A stretch of 64,000 bases of DNA from Epiperipatus broadwayi (GCA_028023455.1 JAQFVV010000002.1:18228001-18292000), one strand, 5' to 3'; counted from the stretch's first letter, positions 38,793-51,626 are shown. The notes: generated by a model not told the origin, from the sequence alone. Translations and numbers: made by a program.

Positions 38793-39254
38793 ATAGTTTT
38801 AGCACTTATTGATCATTGTATGGAAAAGTATGAGAGAAAAAAAAGAGTTCAATTTATACAAGATTAATACAACACAAATACAATATTAAAAAACAACCAA
38901 TAGAAACAGAGCATGTATTTAAAAAAAAAAAAAACATCATTCAAATGATTCTATATATTAATAATAAAAAAAACCGATAATTAAAGAAGCTATTCTATTT
39001 AATAATATTAAATATAGTTTAAATAAAGATTTAGATTTAAAAACATTGGTTTTATAGTTTATTGATAAAAGATTTAAATGGTAAAATTAAAAGAAAACTA
39101 AGTTATAATTATAAAAATCAAAAAAGCAGGAGTTACTATATAAAATAGAATTATTTACTTTATTAAATTGTAAAATACTATATATATATATATGTGGTAT
39201 ACACACAGATAATGAAGCTAATATGTATAATCGAAAGCAAATAATATATTATTG

Positions 39255-39300
39255 TAGCTGAGAGCTTTCGAAAGACTTCTTGCTCTCATATTCATAGCTA
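39255..39300 (-). ncRNA. Variant HHR motif, A3-U8 core (family G, left)
   Basis: UAGCU-AUGAAUA-u-GAGAG caagaagu CUUUC-GAAA-GCUC-UC/AGCUA. Confidence 0.65.
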
Positions 39301-39772
39301 TTACCTTGTTAAAAAGTGCATTGTTAGAAGGAAAATTTATGCAAAATATTGCAAATTAGTTATAACTGCCATTTTCGGAACAGGGCAAAGCAGGCTTCTC
39401 TTCAATTAATGGATTTAGGATCGCTTGCTATATGTAATGTGTCTCTGGGGAGTCCAGGACCAATATTGCCAACAGAGTGGCTCAGAACAAATACCTTTAT
39501 AATAAAACTAAAACCAAACAGGAAGGCAATTCCAATTTTTGTTGAGCATGAAAAAACAACAGGGCATAGATTTGGACCCCTCTGCTAACATCGTTTGCTC
39601 AGAAAGACATGCTGCTAAATGTAAGATCAGAGAGGTATTATATATAGCAAGCGATCATAAATCCATTAATCGAAAAAAGCCTGATTGCCCTGTCCTGAAA
39701 ATGGCAGTTATAACTAATTTGCATTATTTTGCATAAATTTTCCTTCTAACAATGCAGTTTTTAACAAGATAG

Positions 39773-39818
39773 TAGCTATGAATATGAAAGCAAGAAGTCT
39801 CTCGAAAGCATTCAGCTA
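39773..39818 (+). ncRNA. Variant HHR motif, A3-U8 core (family G, right)
   Basis: UAGCU-AUGAAUA-u-GAAAG caagaagu CUCUC-GAAA-GCAU-UC/AGCUA; predicted cleavage after 39813. Confidence 0.6.
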
Positions 39819-40984
39819 AAATAGCATCTTATACTCACTATCGATTATACATATTAGCTTCATTATTTGTGCATACAGCACATATATATAGTATATAAAA
39901 TAGAGTAATTACAATGGAAATGTAAAACTTTATTTAGTTACTGGAGTTGGTAAATAAAAAGTATAAAATTTATTATATGTTAAATATGCATACAAATTTA
40001 CATATAATGTGCAATAATAGTTATATAAATAAATAATTTAATTATAATAATTAAAAAATAATAAATTAGATTTAAATAAATTAAAATGGTTTTCAAAAAA
40101 CTAAACCTCCCTGCCATAGATCACATGTACGATGTTAAAAATAAATACAAAAGGTTATTATGTGTTTAAAACTTTGTAAAAGTTTATTTATTTATAAAGC
40201 AAATTATAATGTATTAACAAGTTAAAAAATAATAATAATAATTTGTAAGAAATGAAAAGTTTATTTTTTTTGTTTATTTTTAAGTTAATAATTCAAAAAT
40301 AAAATTAACTATTTTCAAAAATGTTAAATGTCAATTACACCCCACCAATAGTTGCTATGGGAATATGAAAGGTTACCAAACAAAAAAAAAATTATCATCT
40401 GCTATAAAATTTTGTTTAGGTCAATTGTTTTTTTTTACATGCAAATGAATTGTATTAATATATATTCAAATTTATTTTAATGATGGGGTGGAATTGTAGT
40501 TGGATTACTAACTTCATCTTTCTGGAAATGTAGCTTTCTTAATGGAACTATGATAATGTACCACTAATGAATAATACCTAATTATATCTACTAAAGTTGG
40601 ATCTTATTTGCAGATGCTGTAACAAAACTCGATTATTAGATAAATAATGAAAATTAAAGGTCAATTCTAGATTACAAGAAATCACTGGGGGAAAAAGTAT
40701 GTACACATATTAAATATATCTAGTTTCCTTTATTATAAAGCATGACTACCAACAAAAAGGAACTTATGGTTTCTGGAAAAATCTTCAAGTTGAATTATTT
40801 ATGTGAAATCATGATAAGACATTTGTTATGACCAGAGATCTCATTGTTAAATTTATATTAATGTCTAAAAGGTGTTGACATCAACAGAAAAACAAAAGAT
40901 AAATTTGGTAAGGACTTTAAATTTTTCTTATCTGATATAGTGGTATATTATTTTAATATTTGCATCAGACAATCTGACTGGATA

Positions 40985-41290
40985 AGCTTGTACTTGATAT
41001 TTCTATCTGATCCTTATCCATGGCCATTATCAAGTAGGATATTTTTTGTTATAGTCACTCCACCTCGTACATGATCGCCCACTCGTCTGATGATTAGGTA
41101 ATTAATCATTTTTCCTAGATGAGTATATTTTATCTTTTGGTGATTCCATTACTACTGAAGAATTTTAGTCTCAGGGAAATGATTACCTATCATCAGTGAG
41201 CAACAGGTGATGGAGTGACTAAAAAAGAATGTTATCCTATTTAATAATAGCCACGATGATCAGACTAAAACTCACATCAAGTACAAGTTT
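40985..41290. repeat. Diverged inverted repeat, ~120-bp arms
   Basis: cttgtacttgat...tagtcactcca...ctgatgattaggtaa versus ttacctatcatcag...tggagtgacta...atcaagtacaag. Confidence 0.65.
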
Positions 41291-42684
41291 CATAAACATT
41301 GAGTCATATTTTCTGATCATTATCCATTTTACATTTATAATGTCATTCTGTTGTAAATATTAAAATAATAATGGAAAATAAATTGTATGTACATAAATAT
41401 ATATGTAGGTAGATGTAATAAAACACAAAATAGAAAATCATAAAATTTTAATAATTTAGCAATACTTGCAATTTAATATTTTTAATTGTTGTATTAAAAA
41501 AGTAGAATACAGAAAAAATAAATCATTATTGTTGTAATATATGGAGTTTCAGGATATATTATATAAGGTCCAAATTAACTGTGGGTAATATTACATGTGT
41601 ATAGTGAAATGATATAATTATTTCAGGTAATAATATTTCAAACTTTTAAACCCATGATTGACATTATAAAAAGAGTAATAATATTAATGTAATTTCACTC
41701 TAATAAAATCAAGAAATACTGGAGATATTGATTTTGTTCTTAATTGTCTTAAACCAAGGTAGGCCTCAGGATCAAATAACCTATTTCTAGAATTGTAAAA
41801 AAAAAAAAGTATCTAAAGCTAAAGCATGATTGCAAAAATTTTCAATGATAGTATTAATACAGAAAGCATTTCAAAAATATGGCAAAAAAGTAAACCTATA
41901 ACATTTTAAAATCAGATAAAGTAATAAAACAAAAAATGTATTACCCATTATCATTTATATTTTTCTGAAAACTTTTTGAAAAAAAAAAACATTAGCAAGA
42001 ATTATATCAAATCTAAAAGCCTTGTATTTATAGATTTCTCTAGGAAGCTCCTGAGAATAAGTTTTTCACTTTGAACAAGGGCTTTTAAAACTATAAAATG
42101 ATGCTACCTTTATTTACTATACTTCAAATTATATTCTGTATAAAAAATGATTTTATTTTAAAAGTCTAAAACCTTTAAATACTCTCCAAGTAAAAAACTG
42201 AAGTGATACTAAGTGATAATACAAAATTTTAGAAATAGTTTCCCACAAGACTCATTTCTTTCATATTTTATTCAGTATATTCATTAATAATCTTTCAAAA
42301 ACAAAATGCAGAAAATTCACAGAAAAATTCCTTTCCAGAAATAGAAAAGTCTACTAGTATTGTGACTCCATTTCCTATTCACCTTTAAAAGAAAGTCAAC
42401 TTTGTCATTTGGATTCAGTGGACAGAAAATCTATCATTGGATAATGTATACAAACATACAGGGCAACGGACATGGATGAATTAGCATATTTTCTTCTGCA
42501 GTCAATTCCATTTATTCTTTAAATGGAAATGGGCTATCTTTGGAAAACTTTTGATCTGCAGATTTTAGAAGCTCAACAATCACTATGCAAACTTAGAAGA
42601 GAGCTTTTGTTCTTATTATCTTCCAGATCTATATATGTACTGTGGTTGAAAATAATAGTTATGTCAGGCCATTTTAAGTTATTT

Positions 42685-42977
42685 ATTGCTTACAATAACC
42701 CCCCTCATATACAATTTAATGCAAAATTTTTTTAATGATTCTTTTATTTTCCTGACAATTTTGACTGTCCCGCAGTCTTCATCAGAGCAATCTCAATCTC
42801 CTCTCTGTCCTACAGTCTTCATCAGAGTGATCTCGATCTCCTCTACCTTTGAAATGGTAGAGGAGATTGAAATCACTATGATGAAGACTGCAGGACAGTT
42901 GAAGTTGTCAGGAAAATAAAGGAATCATTAAAAAAAATTGCATTAAAGTGTATATGAGTGGAGTTATTGTAAGCAAT
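42685..42977. mobile_element. Family H inverted pair with decayed HHR motifs and a 40-bp internal duplication
   Basis: Minus: CUGAUGA-a-GACUG cggga CAGUC-AAAA-UUG-UC; plus: AUGAUGA-a-GACUG cagga CAGUU-GAAG-UUG-UC. Confidence 0.7.
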
Positions 42978-44140
42978 ATATATATAAAGAAATGTAAAGA
43001 AAGTAAAAGAAGAAAAATAAGACATCTTAAGTTTGTATATATATATTAAGTATAATAAAATGTTTAATTTTAATTCAAGTTTGCCTCCCAATACATAACA
43101 ACTAACAGGTGCTAAGAATGAGGTTAGTTTAGCTACAGTGTGTTATGATTAATGCTTGAAATTTATGGTGAAATAGTGAATAATCATCAAGGTGTAGTCT
43201 TAAAGATATTTTTAAATAAAAGCTTGGATAGAGGTCTCTTGAAAAATTCAATCCAAAATTGTTTGGAACCATGGTCAATGCATTTTGATAGACTGAATTT
43301 TTATATGGACGCTAATGAAATTAAAACAGAACTAAAATTGGCTATACTCATGTCTATGGAGTAACTATTTTTCACATCCTCACATCAGAAGCAGCACTGC
43401 TACACCCATCAAAACTAGTAACTTTTAAATGCCAAGATATAAATTCAAACTACACAATGAAAAAGTTGATGCAAATGCAGTTAACTATAAGTCTGAACTG
43501 TGAAGGGTAATTTTGGCTTGTGGCTTTGGAACATTCCTCAAAAAGGTATTCAGGAATTGATTTATTTGCTATATGAAAAAATTATACATTAAGAACCCTA
43601 TTATTGATAGATTCCAGTACAATAGTTAATACTGCAGTATAAGAGATAATCTTAAGAGAAGAAATGCTTAAGGAGTCTGATAGTACAAAAATAAAAATGG
43701 AACAAAAATAAGATCAAAACCCAAAGAATGGCATAATAATACTTCAGATAAACAAAATGGTGAATAACTGTTAAAGATACAAAATTATTACTGTTGCAAT
43801 AAAAATCATTTTGTAGTCAGTGTTCGTATATTAATGCTAGCTATTTTTTTGTCAATATATTGCATATATCAACATTTCCTGTTAAATAAAAAGGAGATAG
43901 ATCAGTTATAATGGCACATCTAATAAACAAAACCCATCAATCAAGTAACAAAATGATAATGGTTCCACTAATAAATAAAAACATCAATCAAATCACAAAA
44001 AATTAAATCTGAATGCACTTAATGAAGTTCCAGTCTTCAAAATCGTTAAATATTTATTAGCTTCCACCATTGTTCTCTCAGTAAGAAAAGAGCTATTATA
44101 TTTTATAATCATTTCATATGTTCTCTTTCATATCATGACT

Positions 44141-44182
44141 TAAACAAAGGCAAAACTCTCCATACAGTAGTGCCACCCTGTG
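44141..44182 (-). mobile_element. Family A terminal fragment
   Basis: ggcaaaactctccatacagtagtgccaccctgtg. Confidence 0.7.
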
Positions 44183-44399
44183 ACTTGTTGAAAATTGATC
44201 CCAAGTAATATATTTTTACATGCTCATACAAATTCATAAAGGTTGAAGACATGTTTTAAGGGGATTCTTATATTTTGATATTCTTTATTAGTTTATAAAT
44301 AAATTATATTATTTTATAAATAAACAATGTTATAATAATAATAATTTAAATAAATTTTTAAAATATATTTTAAATATTTATTTAGTTATTGTATTTAAT

Positions 44400-46040
44400 A
44401 TATGGTAAGTGCACTGGGATGCATCAATAGAGAAGCTGAGCAGAGTAGCAATAGGATGGCTTAGCAGTTTCAAGAGTTTGTCCTCATATTTGTAGCAGAA
44501 TCAGAATAGGAAAAATAGTGGAATATCTATATAGGCAGATGGTATTCAAATTTATGTAAATTATAGTCTAGAGCAATCACTTTTTGGAGAGGAACAAGCA
44601 TGATTCTTTGCAGTTTATAATGTGGGTGTTGTTAGCTATATATCACGCTTACCTAATTTTATGTTTTGAGTCATTTCTTTCAATATATTCTATTACAGCA
44701 AAGTAGGTTTAAATATATGTCCTGTTGCTTTTTGGTGTTCAAAGAAGATAGAGCTATATTCTGGCTTGCCAGTTGCTCTTTTATATAAGTATTGATGTTG
44801 TGATCTGCGGATGGATGGGGATGCCTGAGATTCTCTATAGTATGTTGCTTAGTAACCAGTTTGGGGGTATTTAATTTTATATATGGTGTTGGGGTAAGTT
44901 TGGCTTTGATTCTATCTTGGAATTATTAATTAATCTATTGGTAGAGGGGGGTTCAGAAATTTAGCCAAAATGTTGGGGGAAAGGTTTGATTAAAATTTTT
45001 TTAGTGTGGAACTGTACAGCAAGAATAACCATGGTCTATTGTCTTGCAGATGGTTTGAGTTTAGTTTGCAGTAGAACTGTATGACTTTCCTTGTTAAGTA
45101 GTTGTATTTAAATGCAATGTAGGTTAAGTCTTTTAAATACTGTTCTACATTTATTTTATGAAATGAGTTGTGTTTGGAAAAAGGATAGATTGGCAAATTT
45201 ATGAGCATGAGGGAAAGTTGACTTAGGGTGTGTTAATTCCTAAACTTCAAGTGGTGTGATGCACATTAAGGATTCTTAATAATGTGTGTTTCTTTGTAGG
45301 AAGATGTCTAAGTACTTCAGATATTGAATCTAGTTTTCCTCTTCGATTGTTAGGTGTAAGGCTGGGTGCACCTGGATGTTTACTTTGATATAATGAATTG
45401 AGGGCTCTGGTCCAGCTATAAAAGTACTGACATAGCACATGTTAATGAGGTCAGGAGAGTGCAAGAAGGGTGCTGAAAGGATATCTTCGAAATGATTTAT
45501 TTATAGGATGGATAGGATGCCATTCAGGCATAGATCTATGAGCCATCCATTGGTTATGTAATAGTATTGGCCATTGAATGTAGCTATAATATTGTTATCT
45601 ATCCAGATAAGAAACTCAGATATGAACTCGGTACATATTGGAGAATAGTTGTGTATAGTGAGCTCAGCTCTAATTATGCTTATTGAAAGTTTACTATTAA
45701 TTGAGCTGTAAAGTTCAATGATTTCTAGAGAAACTATTTTATATGCAAAATCAAATTTGACATTCTTTATATAGTTGATAGATGAACGATGACCGGATAG
45801 TGTACGTGTCATAACCAAGCTGGTCAATCAACCATTGGTTGGCCATTTGGGCAGTATTAAAATAATGTATGTCTCAAATGTCAAGTATGGATCTGAGGGA
45901 TATGTAAATCTTATGCAGCTTAGCATTAATAAGCATTCGTGGGAAGATGGCCATGGATGGATATATTTTATAGTACTTATGTTGCAATATTTATGTAATA
46001 GTTCACTGATAAACATATCTTTATTATGCTTTATGTTATA
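44400..46040 (-). pseudogene. Decayed Penelope-like element ORF: reverse transcriptase plus GIY-YIG endonuclease
   Basis: VSLEIIELYSSI...NNIIATFNGQYYYITNG...LNGILS (PLE RT motifs); SSIFFEHQKATGHIF...HKIR*AxYIANNTHIINCKE (GIY-YIG tail); many stops and frameshifts; HHR-like motif at 44457-44497. Confidence 0.8.
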
Positions 46041-46051
46041 AGTGGAAATTC

Positions 46052-46233
46052 AAACAGGCAAAGCACTCTATATGTATTGCCATTCAGTACAAGCCAGAGT
46101 AATCAATGGAAGCTAGAAGGCTTGTGCATAAACTACCCATCTAGTTACTCATCCAATACCCCCAGACTAGTTTCTGACTTGTGACCTTCGTTAGTGAGAA
46201 GCCTTGTATCTGAGAGCACTGCACCTAGGATCT
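46052..46233 (-). mobile_element. Family A pseudo-LTR (HHR core mutated to CUAACGA)
   Basis: gactagtttctgacttgtgaccttcgttagtgag; abuts the 5' side of the PLE remnant. Confidence 0.75.
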
Positions 46234-46953
46234 CAGTATCTCTAGAAAAGTGGAAATTGCCTGAAGCAGCATTTTATTACATTTAAATATAATTTTTTTT
46301 TACTTTATTTTATGTCAATATTTATGCATAAGTATACTGCAAAGAAATACATCATTAATTTTTTGCTTTAATGTAAACAACTAGAGCTATAATTCTTGTG
46401 TATATGCTATTTCAAAGAACCAAACTGGTAGAGATATATAAAATTAGCCTTTAACCAGTGTGGAAGTTGTCATGCTTCATGTTTTTTTGATTTATTAGTT
46501 CTTATCTGATTACCTCTAGTTAATTGCAAATTCTTCAGCTATTTGAAAAATAGAAACTGGACATAAAAACACCATACTGGTTTATAAATAGAGCATTAGC
46601 CTTTACTGATTACTTTCTGTGCATTTTAAATTAAAGCAACATTGTAAGACAATATAGCATACTTTCCCCCTCATCATTTTGCGTCATGTTTCACTTTTAT
46701 AATATATCTAAAATCATTCCAAACACTTATCAAGTGCAGCAGATCATTAACATCTGTTATTATTAGTTTCAGTTCATTAATTTAAGCTTCCAAGGTATTG
46801 TAGAATCACTACTTGATGAATCATTTTAAAAAAGGAAATTCTAAAGTATGACCTAATAGCCAAAAAATTGTTCCATTAAAATACATCCAATTAATCAGGA
46901 TTTGTCACTGAGGGACTAATACATATGTAAATGGATCTATGTAGCACATAGGG

Positions 46954-47341
46954 CAGGGGTCCCCAACCCTATGCCCACGGGCACCATGGTGCCCGCAGAC
47001 CGTTTTACGTGTGTCCGCCGCTATCCGAACACGATAAAAAATTATTTATCTGATACAAATAAATTTAATTTTTAAAATTTCTTATAAATTATTGTATTAT
47101 ATTGTAATCAAATTGTAGAACATACTATACTTTTACAGCATTAAAATATAAACGTTAAAATTTTATTTTTGAAATAAATATTTTTTTGTATATTATGTGT
47201 ATTATTGACAATATCCAACTATAAAGTTACATTGAAAAAAATAAATAATGCCCGTCCCCTGGTTGAAAAAATAAATGGTGCCCACCAACTGGCCAGTATT
47301 ATAGAATGTGCTCTTAAGTGCAAAAAGGTTGCAGACCCCTG
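46954..47341 (+). mobile_element. hAT MITE, 388 bp
   Basis: TIR caggggtccccaacc / ggttgcagacccctg; perfect 8-bp TSD acataggg. Confidence 0.9.
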
Positions 47342-47864
47342 ACATAGGGCCACTTTGTAAAAGGATATTAGGTTGGGATTTTAGCTGTGAATAAAATTTA
47401 CAATTTTCATAAATATTACATCTCATTTGTCACAGCATTCTTATGTTACAAAATATGCAAATTAGAGTTTGTTCCAAATTTTCTTTCTTGTTTAATTTAT
47501 AGTGAATGGGAGAAAAACACAATCAGATAAATACAATCTAACCATGCAATAAATATCTACCGGAATGTAGAAAAATGAGTTTGTTTTAAAGATGAATCCT
47601 AAATTTCGATAAGATTTCTTTTTAATTAAAGTTTCATATGATAAATGTTATTGATAGCTTTAAAAAATGCTACAGAATTTTCTTCCAATAGTTGAACTAT
47701 TATAGAGTGTCATTTTTTTTAACTGTATGTTATTTACCTTGTGGATAGATTTATATTTTTGAGAGAACGTTTTTTTTAATATTTTAACCATTTAATTTTA
47801 AAATAAATTTTTAAAAATTATGACAATATTAAGTTATTTTGAATGTTTTGCTCTGTTTTGATAC

Positions 47865-48150
47865 GATTATGAGACTATACATGGTGTTACTGACCTCATT
47901 AAAAAAATTAAACGACTGAAGTGGAGTTGGGCTAGACATATTGCTAGAAGAGATGATAATAGATGGACAATTGAAATCTTAAATGGGATTCCAAGAGATT
48001 GTAAAAGACCCAGAAAGAGACCACATGTGAGATGGATGAAATAAGAAAGTGTGCAGGGATGATGTGGAGAAGAGATGCTAGAGATCAGAGAAGATGGATT
48101 GAACTTGGAGAGACTTCATCCTGTAGTGGATTGATAATAGTTGATGATGA
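47865..48150 (+). pseudogene. RTE-clade LINE 3' fragment
   Basis: TDLIKKIKRLKWSWARHIARRDDNRWTIEILNGIPRDCKRPRKRPHVRW; ends in tga/gat repeats. Confidence 0.85.
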
Positions 48151-49036
48151 CTATGTTGTATAAATATATATAGCTTACATGAAATAATATGTATATTAAT
48201 ATAAATCAGAAGTTTTTGACTGATTGAAATTTCAGATCATAATTTTGATTACTGAAGCCACACTCCATATTTTAGGAGTAGTTTGAGAGAAAAAAGTGTA
48301 CCCCATAGGCCAGCAAATGTGGTATTTCCTGGTAATAAAAATATTCCACCTTTTAACTTATTAAAAGCAGTTGCAGTACACAAGACTTGCATTCAACATC
48401 TATGGTCATCTTTATATTTACAAACTACCAAGACATTTAAATTGGTTTATATTCTCAAGTTGATAATCACCCAAAATGAAAAGTTACTCAGGATTTTTCT
48501 TTCATCACTGTGTGGTAAAGTGCTTGGATTTTTGAATACTAATGATTTAATCAAAATATTTATATGTATTAAAAACATTAAATATTCTCTTTATACCATC
48601 TTTTGAACTAGCAAAAATAGCATAATCATCAGCATTTTATAAATCCAAACAATGTTTGTACTTTGAATTGATCCAAATTAAAAATTCCAGGAGCAAATAC
48701 GTAGTTCATCTTGATCCCTGATTCATTAAGTCAACTATAAACAGTTTCAATGACCACAGTCATATTCTTGCTTAACAACACTTTCATTTGAAACAGATTT
48801 TTCTACATGTAGTAATAAACTTCTAATCCCATTATATAGAAGCAGTACAATACAAACTTTAATGAACAACAAACTAATTTTAAACAATGATAAAGACTTG
48901 TTTGATTAATTGAATGAAATGCCCTGATGAAATCAATAAAAGTAATATAAAAATCACTTTCTTTTTCTGATATTCTTCTTACACTTACTTGATAATAAAA
49001 CTACTCTTTCTTATTGCATTGCCAAATGTATACCAT

Positions 49037-49482
49037 ATAATATTAAATTGTCCAAGCACTTTACTACTGTTACACCATGGGTCCCCAATCCTATGCCCGT
49101 GGCCACCATGGCGCCCACAGACCATTTTACGTGTGCCTGCCGCTATCCGAACATGATAAAAAATTATTTATCTGATACAAATAAATTTAGTTTTAAAAAA
49201 TCTTTTTGTACATTGTGTATTATTAATAATATCCAACTATAAATTTACATTGAAAAAGTAAATGGTGTCCGCCACCTGGCTGGTATTATAGAATGTGCTC
49301 TTAAGTGCAAAAAGGTTGGGGACCCCTGTGTTACACAATACTTTATTTACTATCCTTTCTTATAGTTTACAATTCTGAAGAAGATTGATTGCTGGGGCAA
49401 TCAAAACTGTAAACTGTAAGAGAAGGGTAGTAAATAACACATTGTGTAACAGTGGTAAAATGCTTGGACAATTTAGTATTAT
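49037..49482. mobile_element. Family I inverted pair centred on a decayed HHR
   Basis: acaauu-CUGAAGA(49375)-a-gauu-GAUUGC uggg GCAAUC-AAAA-CUG-UA/aacugu; left arm interrupted by a hAT MITE. Confidence 0.65.
49076..49328 (+). mobile_element. hAT MITE, 253 bp, same family as 46954-47341
   Basis: catgggtcccc / ggggacccctg termini; perfect 8-bp TSD tgttacac. Confidence 0.9.
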
Positions 49483-51626
49483 ATCATAATAAAATTCTAT
49501 ACTGCTTCTCAATTTTCTAAAACCATACTGAGTCTCTGGTGACTATTTATTCATGATTGAAAGTAATCTATTCAACAAAATACTTGAAAGTACTTTTGAT
49601 ATACGGATAATAATGATATTCCACAATAATTACTTCAACCTTGTTTATTCTCTTTATTTGTAAACATTTTAACAAGAATGACCATAAAATCAAGAAGCAC
49701 AACTTCACGAGTTCATAAATTCTTTAAAAATTCCAAAATTTCGGGAAATTATAATATTACCATTATATGATAAAGATATAAGACCCAACTGCCATCAATA
49801 TTAAAGTCATTAGAAAAATTTCATTTCTTGGTGCGCTGTAAGATTCTAATAATATGATGGCAAAATTATAAAATCAGTCAGTATATGTATATATTTGTTG
49901 GAAATACTACATTATAATTAGTTATTGCAAAGATGCACTTTGTTGAATTGATCACGTGAATCAAATGAACCGAAAACAACTTTTTGAAGAAAATTTTATG
50001 GAGAACTTGAGCATGTTTTATGAGAGATAATCCTTGCTTACATTAAAAAGATTATCTCAAAAATACTCTAAAATTAGCAATAATCATGGTTGCCGACAAT
50101 ATACAACAAAGAGCTACATTTAAAGAACAAACCTTGTTAAAAATGAAAAGACGGCGCCGCCGTACGTCAAATAAACAGACCAGCATGCGATATATAAATA
50201 TGCACACATTTGTAATTCGCAGATTGGTTTGCATAGTTATTTACCAAGACAAACTCAACTTTAATGTTTTATTTACTTTTTTGTTATTTTTATCTTTCTA
50301 AATTTAATCTTTCTTTTCAAGTTAGAATGATGATCCTTGTGCAAGACAAAATATTAAGTAAAAAATAAGTAAAAGATTTTGTACTCGAGAATTATCCTCA
50401 TTATTAATATATACACATATATAAAGTAATCTGCTAAATCCAGGTTTTTATTGATTCTAATAAATCTTTAATTAGAAGGCATGTGTGATATAAAAATCGT
50501 TTATCAATGAAATACAGACACACACATGTGATTGTACATGCAATTGTAAATTATCTCAGGAAAAAAACTTTCACTTAACCTTAAAAATTGTATTTTAACA
50601 TCACAGATTTCTTGAGTTCTTTTGTATGTGTGTGTTGTTTTCTTTTCAGGATCAAGTATTTGATCTTCAGTTTCTAACATTACTTCCTCATACTTGTGTT
50701 ACATTTAAGACAGCAGAACATCTTTGTGAGAGCAATTCTGAAGTGCTGAGAAGCTGAGTGGTAGTTCCTGACCCGCCCATTCCAACCATCTGGAAGCGTT
50801 GCAAGTGAAAGAGCAGTAAGCTATATCTCTAACTGTTAGGTATTGGCGTCAGAATAATCAGACTGCTGGGATGAATAGACCAAGAGTCGGCACTCAATGA
50901 AGTGGAACAACCCAGATGGCAGCATCAAGCATGGCACAAGGTTGCACAGCTGCATCAGGTTTCTAACGTCCTGCTTAGCAGAAAACAAAATATTTTTTCT
51001 GAAAAGAACCACTTGAGAGTGGGTTGTGTTCCCATGTCAGAAAATTGTCGAAATAATTTGCGCTGATTTTATATCCCTAAATGAAGTGATTAGATTTTAG
51101 AATTTAGAAACACTAATGGAGAAGAAAATTCTCTTTTTAATTAAATAATACAGCAACCTTAGTTTAAAAACAAAAATAAATTACAATATAGCAAATGACT
51201 AAGAAACTGAAATTAGTTCATTAAAATTTTAACACTTTAAATTGAATTTTAAAATTAAACAGACATTTATCAATACAGGCTTTTCGTCCTTTTAAATAAA
51301 TAACACTCATATAATATATATTGCACGAAATATGTAATAGCTTTTAAATAATCCACTGTAGGACAAATGTTTCTCTGACTTTTTAATAAAAGGGCAAGTA
51401 TTCCAACTGTAGGGGGGAGGAGGTGAACAGGGTTTTAAAGATTTCCATCTGTGCATCCTCTAACTAAGATAGTTAGATACTCCTTTATTGACCAATATTG
51501 AATAGCTAGTTATATAGGCTATGACCCAGCTACCTAAAAAAAAATCTTAAACACGGTATAAAACTTTTCAAGTCATATTCAGTCTAAATTTCAGCCCCAA
51601 GTGATATAGTAAACTTTTGACACCCT

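Larger units (their letters stand above)
39175..39900. mobile_element. Family G: 5'-truncated Penelope-like 3' end with inverted duplication
   Basis: Arms ~39175-39448 and ~39626-39900; plus strand encodes (one frameshift) IFVEHEKTTGHRF / DPSANIVCSERHAAKCKIREVLYIASDHKSINRKK, a GIY-YIG-like tail. Confidence 0.8.

Noticed and set aside
50650-50760. Terminal exon after a strong acceptor
   Set aside because: 35-codon frame with no recognisable product and no linked upstream exon.
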